Assembly (NCBI RefSeq): GCF_009914755.1
Contig: NC_060925.1
Source: the human T2T-CHM13v2.0 reference genome, Homo sapiens
DNA: 64,000 nucleotides
Direction: 5' to 3' (one strand)
The notes beneath the pieces are model-generated. The model was given only the letters and a program-made list of their open reading frames with translations, ran no database searches and was not told the DNA's origin. Of this stretch, positions 1 through 13,753 are shown piece by piece. A program made the translations under genes and the position numbers. The stretch's first letter is position 1. The number at the start of each line of letters is the position of its first letter.

Positions 1-360
1 GTTATTTCCCTTTGGGCAGATATACCAGAGCTTATCCATTTACCTTTTTCGTTGATAGACTTTTGTATCACCTCTGTGTTTTTGCTAATGTGAACAGGGA
101 TTGAATGCCTATTCTTATCCATTTCACCTATCTTACAAGAGCTACAGGGTGTACCCATTTTCAAATAAAGGAACAAATGTCATACTGTTTTCCAAAGTTA
201 CTGCATCAATGGACATTCTTAACAACAATGGTTAAGAGAGATTCTGGTGATCCACACCCCCTCCAATATTTGATATATGAGTTACTGACTTTTGTCAACC
301 AAATGGGTATGAAATGGTATTTTGCTGGAGTCATGATTTTCATTTCTCTTGGCTAGGTAC
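1..360 (-). mobile_element. Old LINE-1 (L1M-type) fragment
   Basis: Degenerate resemblance to antisense L1 ORF2 3' region (e.g. 'actgttttccaaagt', 'gggtatgaaatggtat', 'ttttcatttctct'); recognised by eye, boundaries approximate. Confidence 0.5.
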
Positions 361-2863
361 TTTTCTGTATTACAAACATCACTTCTTTCTGAAACAAAAG
401 AGCTGATGAGTGGTTCTGCACGTCCTCTCTATTATGATGAGTACAGCATCTGCTCTAAATCATGTGCTTACTGCTCCTTGTTGACCATACTTTGGTGATA
501 ATTTGAAAAATCATTTTACATCTTTGTATCTTTCAAGCCACACTTCATTCTAAACTCTATTCCCCTACTCCTATCATATATACTTCCTCTTTAAAAAATC
601 CTATGGAGAACTTCAGTGCATCCCATCGGTTTGCTGTTGCCACCCCTTTTTGTCTGCATCATGCCTACCCTGCTCGATTCCTTAGAATGTCTCTTTACCA
701 GCTGTCATCCCTCTTGGACTATTTGAAGCTGCTTCACCCCAACGGTGGTTTTACCAATTTGAATAAGGTAACAGTATGGAGGAAGATATCTGCAATGATA
801 TCACAAATTAAACACTCAACAATGTTGCTGCTGTTTTGAGTTTCCAGCTAAGGGAACTCTTTCCTCCTAGTTCTCCTCCTTCTCTTATTAACTTTTTAAA
901 ATATTTAAGATACACATCGTTATGCCTAGTGTTCCATTCTTTCTTGGTTAAAAGTATAAAATGCTGCGGTCACATTCTTATGAGTTTCTCTCTTCTGTCT
1001 CACCCATGAGCTCTCTGTTAGTCAGATTTAAATCCACAATGAAAGTTTCTGGGTTTTGATTCCTTAGTCTTCTGCGGAGTTATCAAATCAGAAAGGCAAC
1101 TAAGGAATGCATGAAATATACTTCTGTGGCAGAATGAAATTTTCAGCAGATACTGGCAAGCTGAAGAGCCCTCATTACTGTGTTATGTATTCGTGCTGCC
1201 AGTTTTGAATTCTGTTGTGGATACCTGAATGATCTGACATATCCTCCATTTTATTTATTTTCTTCGAAATTATTTATTCCACACCTGCCCCTTTATGTAT
1301 TTAGCTTATTCACCTTTTCCTTCCTGGCAAAAGAAGGACTCTTCCTTGTCTAGAATTTAGCATTCTGATCCAGAAAGCCAAATCCTGCTACAGGACTGTC
1401 TAATATAACTTCCCATTTGCTTAGCATTATCATCTATGTCACGTGGATGCCATTTGCTATTGAAGAACATATCTTTTGTTCCAGTAAATCCTTCTGTTTC
1501 TCTACAGTATATTCAAAAGCTGCTAGAAATCTGATACCTTTTTTGTTTGTGTGATCTTAGCATATTCTCAAGCTAATTAGTAGAAGTTTAAAGTAGTTTT
1601 TATAGGTTTGGTGAATTTGTCAGATACAGTCTGTACACCAAGTAAATTCAGGTTTAATAGTTTTTAAAAATCACAAATTTTAACTTCATTAGGAGCAAAT
1701 CTCATTAAATTTTCCTAGGAAGATTTTTTTAAAACAGTTAAAATATTTTATTTCAAAATACTTTTTTATTAAAAATTTTTTTCAGCTAGTGCTTTAAATG
1801 GATTATCCCTTTGTACAAAAGCAAACATGGCTTATGAATTTTATGGCTTAAAAACATATCATTATAATCCCAAATAACAATTTGTCTGAATGTATTCTTT
1901 ATCTCAATCCTTGTGTCTCTCCTATGTTTCTGAAGGTCATGAAATTTTTATAGAAGACTATGTCTTTGAGAAAATGTAAAATTTCATATCCTTGAGACAT
2001 TGTATATTAGTGTTCTAATTTGCATAGAGAGTAAGCATGCTTGTTATCTGATAAAATTCCTATTCTTTTTACTCCTATTTACTAATGCACACTGCTAATT
2101 ATTGGGAATAATGGGAGATATTAGAATAGGTAGTCTTAAGGAGCAGCTAAGCAAAATTCCTCTGTTTTCGACATTAGATGTACAGTATGTATTGATGGAG
2201 GACTGCAGATTTGCCTTCCAAATCTGTTTTGCTAAAGTTCTCATGAGTTCTTATTTTTTAAATCCTGGCTGACTAATAACATGGGAGACAGAGCAGCAGA
2301 AACTCAAAGGAGAACATTTCCTGCTTTCTGAGGGAATCATTAACATCTTTGCTTTTGTGATGAAATGTGCAGTTTAACATATTACCCAGACAATGAAACT
2401 GTCCTAGGCCTGCGTCCCCACCTTTATTTCCTCCTTTGCAAACTATGCTCATGTGCCTATCATTATAAACAGAAAGCGTGGTGCTATCATGATAAACAGA
2501 AAGGGTAGTATATATTTGTTGAATGAATGAAAGAATATGACAAACCTTTTAGAATTTATCACGGAGTGAGTGGAAGGGTCACATTGTTTACCTTCCCTCC
2601 CATCCCCAGTTCATCTCCATGCCCAGAGTACTGTGTCTCACCGAATTAAAAATATGTTTATGATTTGTAGCTTATATTTCATTATCTGCCTTCATACACC
2701 CCATGGAAACATTGAATGCTTACCAAGCAGCAGAAATACGTGTAAGGGTTGGAACAATCTAACTTTGATGAGCTGTAGGGTTCTTCCTACTATAGCTATT
2801 GGTTAATGACCAATTTCTTTTGGTCACTATTATACTACAGACCATAATAATAATAGCAGCTGA

Positions 2864-3209
<346 letters not shown>

Positions 3210-3594
3210 TAATGGTCATTATATTTGCCTGTATTCGTGCATTGCAATGGCAGCATAAAAAAAAGAGAAAATCCTTTTAAGGTTTGCAGTTTGGTTTGAA
3301 TGAGGCAAATGTATGAATAAGTAGCGGGTATAGTATGATATGGACCTCATAGTTATCTCTGTTACCTATAAAATATGTAATTTAATATTTTATTTTTGTA
3401 AAAGCACTATATATAATTTTCATGTCATGAATTCATTGATTATGTCATCTAAGCATTCTATCTTACATGTGTTTAAACAAGGTTGATGATAAATTAATAC
3501 AAATGATTTGCTCTTCTATGTCTAATGTTCTTTTGCACTTTCTAAAATCTCAACATATTCCTGTCTCCCTTTTTTTTTTTTTTTAAATATACAG

Positions 3595-3648
3595 AGTTGT
3601 CATGATGAGGAAGATGACGATGGTGAAGAGGAAGTGAAGAGTTTTGAA
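3595..3648 (+). CDS. RYR2: RYR2 exon ~80 (54 nt) SCHDEEDDDGEEEVKSFE
   Basis: Poly-T tract + acag acceptor, GAA|gtaaga donor; peptide matches RyR2 and joins the next exon in frame. Confidence 0.97.
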
Positions 3649-4898
3649 GTAAGATGGATCTTTCTGGATTTGCCTTTCTTTCTATCTTGAAACATTGTTT
3701 CATAGCTTATAACTGACATTTATGTTTCTTGCTTCATGGCTTATTGCAGCTTATTGTGTCAAGGAACTGCATGTCAGAGCTGGATGGACAAACCTGAGTC
3801 CTAACATTTGCTGAAGTTAAGACCAAGGATCATAGAATAGTTAAATAATATAATGAAGCACATATGTTCAGAATGAGTGTTCCTGAGAACCCTCAGAGAT
3901 GAGACGGCTTCAAATTGGTCTCATCTCAGCGATGTGGTCTGGAATTTCCAACAGACGTGAGGAAAATATTTATTGAAGAACAACATGATGTCAAGTTTTT
4001 CAGTAAACCCTTGGTTTGATATTTTTTCCTGAATAGAAGTCTTAAAGATTTGGCCTTAAAGACTTCTGCCCAATTAGATCACTCATTCCATGTACATATG
4101 CAGATAGTGGCACACAACGCAGTTTGCTTGCATGAGGTAGGAGTCCATATATCCCTAGGACTGTATTGTAGTTTACAACTATTTTCTCAAATGCTCTCAG
4201 CTTTTAAATGTCCTACGTAATTTGAAATGCTGCTTAATGTTACTTAGCCCAAAGGAAAGTTAATAGTATTTTCCCCCTTTGCTTATACTGTACTTTCGTT
4301 TTTTATGAGGAAAAGCTAGTTGTTGCTAACTACCGCTTTTTTTGTTTATCGGCTCTTTTTTTGTTTTGTTTTGTTTTTTTAGAATTTTCATAAAGAAATT
4401 AAGTGCAGGGAAATAGAAATTAGATTCTTTTTCTTTTCCTTTTAATTTACATGTCTGGACTTTGAGCTAGAAGTCTGGAAATATATCAGTAGCCAGCAAT
4501 GAGTCTTTAATTAAAGTGGACCCACAAAAACGTATTAGCCAATGAATAAGCTCAGAGCAGTGACCTTCCAGGATGCATTTGTTATGAACCTCTCTGCAGC
4601 ATTGAAGTCAATGTGTCAAAAATATAAAAACAATCTAATTTGAGGAACCCATGACTATTGCTGGCTGAGAAAAATGCCATAAGATTAATTTCTGTATGAT
4701 TTCTATAATCTTTTCTAATGTATATGTTTTCTATTCTCAAAGTCATCTTTATTGATAAGAAAGTGAGGTCAGTTTAGAATGAGCTGTGAGCAGCAGATAA
4801 TATTGTTTTTCTGAAGTGCACAGCATTTATAGTCTATCCGTTGTCTTCAGAGCAATTGTTTATTGCTATTTTGCTTCTTGTCCTCATCCTTCCTTAAG

Positions 4899-4922
4899 GT
4901 CACAGGATCCCAACGCAGCAAG
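4899..4922 (+). CDS. RYR2: RYR2 alternative 24-nt exon VTGSQRSK (inserted after E3715)
   Basis: tccttaag|GTCACAGGATCCCAACGCAGCAAG|gtaaaa, phase 0, identical to the known 8-aa RyR2 splice insert. Confidence 0.93.
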
Positions 4923-5620
4923 GTAAAACTATATATATGTGTGTATTTGTCTGGGTCTGAGTTTCGGTTTCTTGTGACATTTACCTTTGTTAGACCCAAC
5001 ATCTTGGATTCTTTTGTGAAAAGGAGGTCTTGAAAATCTTTCTACAAGTTTGTAGCTCCAATGCATTTGGTCTCTTCAGGATCCCTTCCTTTGACACAAG
5101 TTTATTCTTCTTGCAATTTAAATGACTCATAATTTGAAATTTTATCCTCCAGCTAACTTTGAGCTGCATACTGTGCTGGGATCAAGGAGTCCAGCCCTTT
5201 GGATGACAAACTTTTTAAGCCAGGGACTTCTCATTTTCGGTGCAATGTTCTGACCTTATCCCTCTTGATGTTTTTCAACACCAGTTTTATTACTTGAAAA
5301 CAGACATGATAAATGGTATTGCTGGTGAGATTGGAAAGAAGCCTGCTTTTCCATTGTGCTAGTAATCACTTCAATTAGTAACTGGAGATTATATTCCATG
5401 ATTTCAATATTGATTTCATTGTTGCATTAAAGGGAAGAACTAGATGACTATTTCTCTCTTAATATTTTGAATACTGGGAACATTTGCTAAAAGAAAACAT
5501 TTTGATATAGAATTACAAAATTACTTACATTAATATGAACCTTGTTAAGCTTATGTTTTATTTTCATAAGGCTATATGGTAGGAAAATCAATCATAAACA
5601 TTCTGTGAAGATGATACCTA

Positions 5621-5970
<350 letters not shown>

Positions 5971-6101
5971 GCTTTTTAGTTTGTAAGTGTAAACTATTCT
6001 ACTTTGCCTTCTTTTTTTTAAAAAAAAAAAAAAGTGAAATATTTGCTGCCAAAATGAATTTTAGACTGTCTTGAAGAAACTATTTTAAAATTCCTTTGTA
6101 A

Positions 6102-6401
<300 letters not shown>

Positions 6402-9349
6402 ACTTTTTAATTTTTTTAACTCACTGTTATAGTTGGAGGAATATATAGTTCTTGTATCATCATCCTTGCAAATTTCAAAATGTAAATCGTGTATATACTA
6501 TCAGATGCAGCTCTGATCCGATGGATATAATGGTTAATGGCATACAATGGGCCTAACACTTAATAATATATTATGGGCTTAAATAATAGATAATAATGGG
6601 TATAATAAGAATTTGGTAGATTTTGATTTTTTATCACGAATTATTTCATATAAAATTTATGTGAATTGTTGAGGGATGAAAATATGAAGGGCTCTCCTAA
6701 CATTAAGTAAAGAACTGATTTCCTAAGTAGCATAAAAGTTAATGCCTCAAGAATGTGTTGATAGTTGTATGATGGGGCTGGATGGCAGAGAAGGTGTTGC
6801 TAGCCAAGAAAACCATTTTACCTTGAAAGAGGAATGCAGTTTCAGGGAGATCGGTTTGATAAATAGGGTCAAATTTAGTGACATTAGAAAGGCTCCTCAT
6901 TCAGAAAAGAAGTCCGAAAGACGACAAGTGATGGCATCTTAATATTTAGACGCTAGGATTCAGGCCAGACTAAGGACAAGAAGTCAAATGACATATGGAG
7001 CATGACCTGAGAGAAAGGGCTACCTTTGAACTTAGAATAGTGGACAAGTTCACATGGTGGTGAAACCTGGCAATTAATCCCAAAACAGAGGATACAGACC
7101 AGCAGATATGACTGTCTCAGCAAGAGACAGGCTTTTAAAGTGCTGGGAATTGCCACACATTTATAGGTGTAATGCAGGACACCAGATTTGGGGATTTGCG
7201 CTTCCTAATGAGATTTTTTTTTTTTTAGTGATCTCCATCTGATTTGGGACTATAATTTATAATTCACACCTAATTTATGTAACATGCTACTCTTAACAAA
7301 ATACTGTGTATGTGGTATGAAATATTACAAAGCTGAGAAACAGAGATATATATAATTAATTCCCTATAAAGATACTCTTCTCTGAGGTTGACTATGTGAC
7401 ACCAACAAAACCACTGAAAAATTTATTGTTTATAAATGTAGTAATCTACCATACTTTTACATTGAGATGTCTATCTGACATAATTTAGACATAGTCTAAT
7501 AGTGGAGTTATTCACATAAGTTACAAATATGAAAGGCTATTTGTCAGTTTCAATAATTCTTATAACACATTATATCAAATAAATTTGGAAATAACATAAA
7601 GTGTGTGGTAATTGAATTCTATCCCTATACCTGGTTAATTATTAATATTTGCTATAGTTTCTATTTAAATTCTTTCCCTGTAAAATATTCCATAAAGTCA
7701 TTGAGAAGAGAAACGAAGTAGGTAAAAAGAAAAGTGCTATTATAGGGAAATTTTCCATGAAGAATGCAGTAAAGCTCAAAAAACATGGAAAACAAGGAAA
7801 GAGGAATGATTTGCCAGCTCTTTTCTTCTTCCATCATATATATATATGTATTGTTCATATGATCCTGTTAAATTAAAACGTGCCTGATTTAACCTGATTA
7901 CAAAATTCCCTGTTTCATCTGTAATATAGGTAAATATGCTTTCCTGTAACTACTTATTAAATAACTTTATTGCATATTTAGTTAATTATTTTTTAGGTTT
8001 GGAGCTACTTCTCTATCAAAAGCATTAAAAAGAACAGTTAAATCTTATAAAGAGGCCGATGTTAATTGAAAGGGAAGAAATGTTTTACCAGTTACCTGAA
8101 AAAAATAATTATTGGAGTTGAATGCTAGATTTAGCTTTTTAATTTTTGCTAAGGGAAATAATAATAAATAATAATGTTTCAAGTCAAATAACATCATTTT
8201 TCTGAGCATTATGGGTTTTTCTCACCTAGATCAACAAAGAACTTTGATACTGCAGTAGAACACATTTATTAACTATGATTTTATTAAAAAAACTCAGAAA
8301 CATTCTTTAGATGGTTACTTCTTTTATTGCTCTTCTCTAAAATCTGAGCATATAGCATTAAATAATAATTTATTGAAAGCATTTCTTTAGAATATTAAGG
8401 TACTGTAGTATAGATTTGTTGTTGACTGTGAAATCTAAATTAATGACAGTGAAGCTTAGATAAGCAAGAGGAATGGAATGTTAACTTGTCTTCCAGCCAT
8501 CTTTCTCAAATACTGGGCAAGCTGCATCTTCCTTTTGGCGAATGCCCAGTTTCTAATTGACAGATGAATTATCTGATGAGTCTGAGGTCCTATTTTTCTG
8601 TACTATTGATTAAAGAGAATTTCTTGTGTGTTAAATTCTAAATATGCCTGTGGCAGAGTTGGTAATTCTGTAATAAATACTTAGGAAACCAGCATATTCT
8701 CTCAGATGGATCTGAGACACAAATAAAATATTGTCATACCTGCTAACATACTCAAACCAATACCCAGCTCGTATCCCACAGTATGCACCATTAAGTATGG
8801 AAGAACCAATTTAGGTCCAAAATGTTTTAAGGATTAATATTATATAGCACTACCCCAATGATGAAAAGTTTTTGTCTGACCCGCCCATGAATCTAACTTT
8901 CAATAGAATACAATGTTTTGGTAATGCTACAAGAATGAATGGGCTGTAAGATATACTGCCCTCCATGGCTACATAATTTGAACTTTGAATGGGTTTATTT
9001 GGTGCTTTTCATAGTAACAGCATTTTAAATTAAAAAGTCTTCCTGAATCTTAGCAAAGAGAATTTTTAAATGCATAAAAATTAAAGATATAGCTACGGAT
9101 ATAAAATATTGAAACAATTATTCCTTATATCAAGAAAATTTATAATTCTTTAGTTCCTACTGCAGGAGGTATATGGTATCCAAAATATGGACTAAAGCAT
9201 TAAGAGTTGCTTTTCATGCTATTGAATCATAGAGGGGAAAGAGGGAAGGAATTCTGAGGGCCAGTGTTCTCCAGTACTCACGCTGATTGCCGCAATCTGC
9301 CAACTACATTTTTATACAATAAAATTATGCATCTCAAGTGATTATCTCG

Positions 9350-9740
9350 TGTCTTAGCTCAGATTTCCTAGAAAACACAGGCAAAAGCTTACGTGCTAAC
9401 ACTTTATTGGGGGAAGGGGTGTTAAAATCCCAGGGAATGAAGAGTTAGGGAAATAGAGAAACGATATGGGGAATGAGGGAGGGCAAGTAGAAGATAGAGT
9501 GTTCTTGAGCTGATCACAGCTGTTCAGCAGTACAGTGTGTTGCTCAGTTGTGTGGGATGCCTCCTGAGAGACCATATGCATTACAGAACAGAACAGTGCC
9601 TCCCCGGGGAAGGAGGATAGGCACTTTATATGCAGGTTCCTTACATCTCCTGTCACTTACTGGTCACAGAGTGTTAATTTCATCATACTTCCTGTTGATA
9701 TTAACCAGTTCTTCCAGGCAACCCCTGGGGAAGCCAGAGC
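9350..9740. mobile_element. Old ERVL-type LTR fragment (LTR33/LTR16-like)
   Basis: Begins tgtcttagctcagatttcctagaa...ctttattggggg...atcccaggga, resembling ERVL solo-LTR ends; family call tentative. Confidence 0.45.
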
Positions 9741-10059
9741 TGCCTTGAATACAGCCTGTTGAGTGTCCAGGCACCACAGTCTCTCCTTATCCATTAACAT
9801 GGGGTCTCCTTGGTGAGTGGTAATGATGGTAGCAGCTGGCTTTCATAAGTACACTGTGTGGGGGCAGTCATTTCTAGGGCCATTCTGGCTCAGAAGCAAG
9901 GCAAGTAGCCAAGGCTTAGAAAGAAGGGCATAGGTTGGGCTGGGGGGTCCTGGCCTTGACACAAGGAAGATTCCCAGAAAGCACAACCCTCTATATTGTA
10001 TATGGTAATTCATGCATATGAGTATGTGGACCAAAATAGCAGTCTGTATAGAAGACATG

Positions 10060-10390
10060 CAGCTGGCCCTCTTTATCTGTGGCTTCCACATCCTTGGATT
10101 CAGCCAACTACAGATTTAAATATTCGAAAAAATATTTGCTTCTGTAGCCAACAAGTACAGACTTTTTTCCCTTGTCACTGTTCCCTAAACAATACAGCAG
10201 AACAACTACTTACATAACATTTACGTTGTGTATTAAGTATTTATTATAAGGGATCTAGAGATTATTTAAAGTAGACAGGAGGATGTACGTAGGTTATGTG
10301 CAAACACTATAGCATTTTATATAAGGGACAGATGTTAATATCTGTAGGATGTCCTGGAACCAGTCCCCCACAGATACTAGGAGACAAACA
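10060..10390 (-). mobile_element. MER2 (TcMar-Tigger non-autonomous DNA transposon)
   Basis: Matches reverse of MER2 consensus (cagctggccctc...ttccctaaacaatacag...tctagagattatttaaagta...tcctggaaccagtcccccacagatac). Confidence 0.85.
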
Positions 10391-10519
10391 TGTATTGAAG
10401 CAGCATATATTTGTGCACTTTTCATGTGCACAGTAATGTAACTTCATGTGTTGTCATTTAAAAAATAATCTCAGTTGAAGCTTATACAGGAGCAGATTAT
10501 GTACAGTAAATGCAAGGCA

Positions 10520-10760
10520 GCAGACTCATTAAGAGCAGACACTCAGATGGACTTCCTGTGTTTGAATCCCAGCTTGAACTTCTAGCTGTGTGAGCGGAAG
10601 CCTCAATTTTTCTATCTATAAAGTGTGGCTAATTATAGTATCTACTTCACAGGGTTGTTATGAGGACTAAATTAGTCAATATATATAAGGCACTCAGAAC
10701 ATTGACTATCACATAACCATCTCTAAATATTTGCTATTATTATTATTATTATTATTATTA
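10520..10760 (+). mobile_element. MIR SINE with (TTA)n tail
   Basis: tttgaatcccagc...gcctcaatttttctatctataaa...acttcacagggttgttatgaggactaaat core, ending in (tta)n. Confidence 0.75.
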
Positions 10761-11124
10761 ATCAATTTCACTTTCTCTGCTGAAAACAAGTCAGGGAAGC
10801 CCATAGATAAACTTTTACAGTGTGGTGAACATAAACAACACAACACAGGAGACCTGGATTATCAGCCAGGTGCTGTGTGACCTCAACCTCTCTGTTTCTC
10901 AGCTTTCTGTTCTTTGAACAAAGAGTTTTCAACTAGATGTTCTCAGATGTCAAATCTACCCTTAACAGTTGTGTGGTTTGCTATCCAGGCATAAATTCTC
11001 TTCATTTTTAAGGGCAATTTCGCAGTTTCTCTAATTGCATAAGTATTGATGAAAGCATGCAAGTTTTTATCACTTTTTATCATTTGTGGAGGATTGAAAA
11101 AGAAAATAAACTCCCTGTGTTTTA

Positions 11125-11520
<396 letters not shown>

Positions 11521-11699
11521 TTAGTATTTAAAGAATCATGGAACTATACATAACACAGTAAGCTGAAGGGGAAAAAAAAACTATTGAAAGACAAAGAGTA
11601 GGGCCTTCCAAGAATAGAAAGAAACCCATGCCATGGAGTCTTGTCAGTTTGATGTGAATTGTCAGAATATTTGACTCCAAGCTTTCTAGGAGCCAACGT

Positions 11700-11930
11700 G
11701 AAATTACATACATTTCACATAAATTACATGAAATGACATAAATGTAAATTACATAAATATAGGAGCCAATATGAAATTACATAAATTTAATAATATAATG
11801 AACTTTATATAATTTATATAATATTCATAAATTTCATAAAGTTCATTATAAATATCAATATCATTAAATATAGTATGTAATATATAAAACATTGATATTA
11901 GGTATATTAAATATAATACTATTTAAAATA
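11700..11930. repeat. AT-rich low-complexity tract with 'aaattacata' reiterations
   Basis: Repeated aaattacata/acataaat units; ctaggagccaacgtgaaattacata is near-duplicated as ataggagccaatatgaaattacata. Confidence 0.7.
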
Positions 11931-13490
11931 TAGTCTTCCTGACTGGGAAAAACAAATTTCTAAAGTAAAATTCAATAGCATTTTTTTCCCCTGAGGATGA
12001 CAAAAAATGTCCTCAACAATTCAGTTAACACCATTTTTTGACAATTTATACAATAGAGTCCAGTTGTGCAGATGCTACCTGAAGATGGATTAGCATAAAA
12101 TGGCTACCAAGTATCTGGAAGAATTGAAGAAATACATATGTACCACCTTTCCAGATGGTCTCCAGAAAAATCCTCTTCCCAGCTAGACAGATAATTCTTG
12201 GCAGGGAATTTGGGACTGTATCAAATACTTGGAGTACAGCTGTTTCTCAAGAGTTGATCTGGGGTAGGGTTAATAACCATTCATGAAGATCTAGAATTAC
12301 AAAGACTAGAGCTTCTATAGTTGTGAGTTTTCAAAATTCAAGTAATGAGCTGCTGTGATCCAATCTATGATCAAAGTTATTCTGACTTCTCATTTTCCCA
12401 CTAAGTAGTCCAACACTCTGGCGCCCTCATGACCTAACCATAGCTTTGTATTCTTAGTGGTCCCAAGTTTTCTTCTTGTTCTTATTCTCTCTTTTGTCAG
12501 GCTATGCCAGGAGAGAAAGAACTGCATAGTACTTGCTTTCTGTATTCCAGGCAGTATCCAGTGCTTTTTAAGGCTTAAACAAATAAGTGGGTAAATGACC
12601 GCTGTTTTAAATCAATATTGCATTTAGAGATAAACTACATTCCCTCTAATGATGAGTCAACTTAACTTTGCTAATTTGATAGCTTCTGATTTTAGAGTTT
12701 CTCATTCTTTTCTTTCCTTGTTATACCTTGTTAATTAAGCTTTCAGTGGTATAGTGTAAATTGTGTCAACTGGACCCTGAAATAGAAAATTATTTCAACT
12801 TAGTTGAGTTTTATTGCTTTTGCATAGTTTTAAATTAGTTCTAAATATGCTGTATCCCTGAGAAATAATATTCCACCCAAAATGCAAGTGTATATAATAT
12901 TGGAAGAATTAAGCTGTAAAGTCACATTACACAGTATATCTAACGTCAAAGCCTCTAGTGCATTAACTGAATTACTTGACCCTGGTTTAGTGTTTCTTTT
13001 GTCTCTGTAGGTTAGTCAAACTTTGATACCATTTTTACAGAGTGTTAAAGAGACAGCATTAGAAACTTTGCTTATCCTATCAAGAAGCAGAATTCTGGAA
13101 GATCATTACACTGTTTGAAAGATCAGTAATAAAGAGAGTGGATAATGATGAAAGATCTGAACAAAAAATTAAATGAGCTAAAGCCCACAATTTGATTATT
13201 ATTTGTATATGTATAATTCTGAAGACCTCTTTAAACATGAACTGAAAGACAAACTTTTAGAGCTACTAATTTTGTAGCACTTCAAACAAAAAAGATAACA
13301 TTTGTAATATTTTAGATTGTGATCACAAACTATAGGATATCACATCATTTAGTTCTGTCATTTATTCATGCAAATTTTCTTGAATACCTATTATTTTCAG
13401 AGAACTGTACTGGATGTACAGTATGTGTGTACTGGTGTGGTTAAAACAAAGAAAGCCCGCTCTCTTCATGGATCTTCTAGGAAACTTCAT

Positions 13491-13753
13491 GTTTGTTTGT
13501 TTATTTATTTATTTAGAGGCAATGTCTTGCTCTGTTGCTCAGGCTGGAGTGCACTGGCGCAATCCTGGCCTCAGGTGATTCTCCCACCTGGGCCTACAGG
13601 TGCACACCACGAAGCCTGGCTATTTTTAGTTTTTTGTAGAGACAGGGTCTTGCTATTTGCCCAGGCTGGTCTAGAGCTCCTGGGCTCAAGCAGTCCTCCC
13701 ACTTCAGCCTCCCAAAGTGCTGAGGTTACAGGCATGAGCCACCATGCCTGGCT
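13491..13753 (-). mobile_element. Alu (AluJ-like, internally deleted), antisense
   Basis: Diverged reverse Alu with shortened right arm. Confidence 0.9.

Noticed and set aside
12501-12590. 90-nt pseudo-exon (ttttgtcag...TGG|gtaaat)
   Set aside because: In-frame TAA, mediocre donor and no supporting flanking motifs; consistent with chance.
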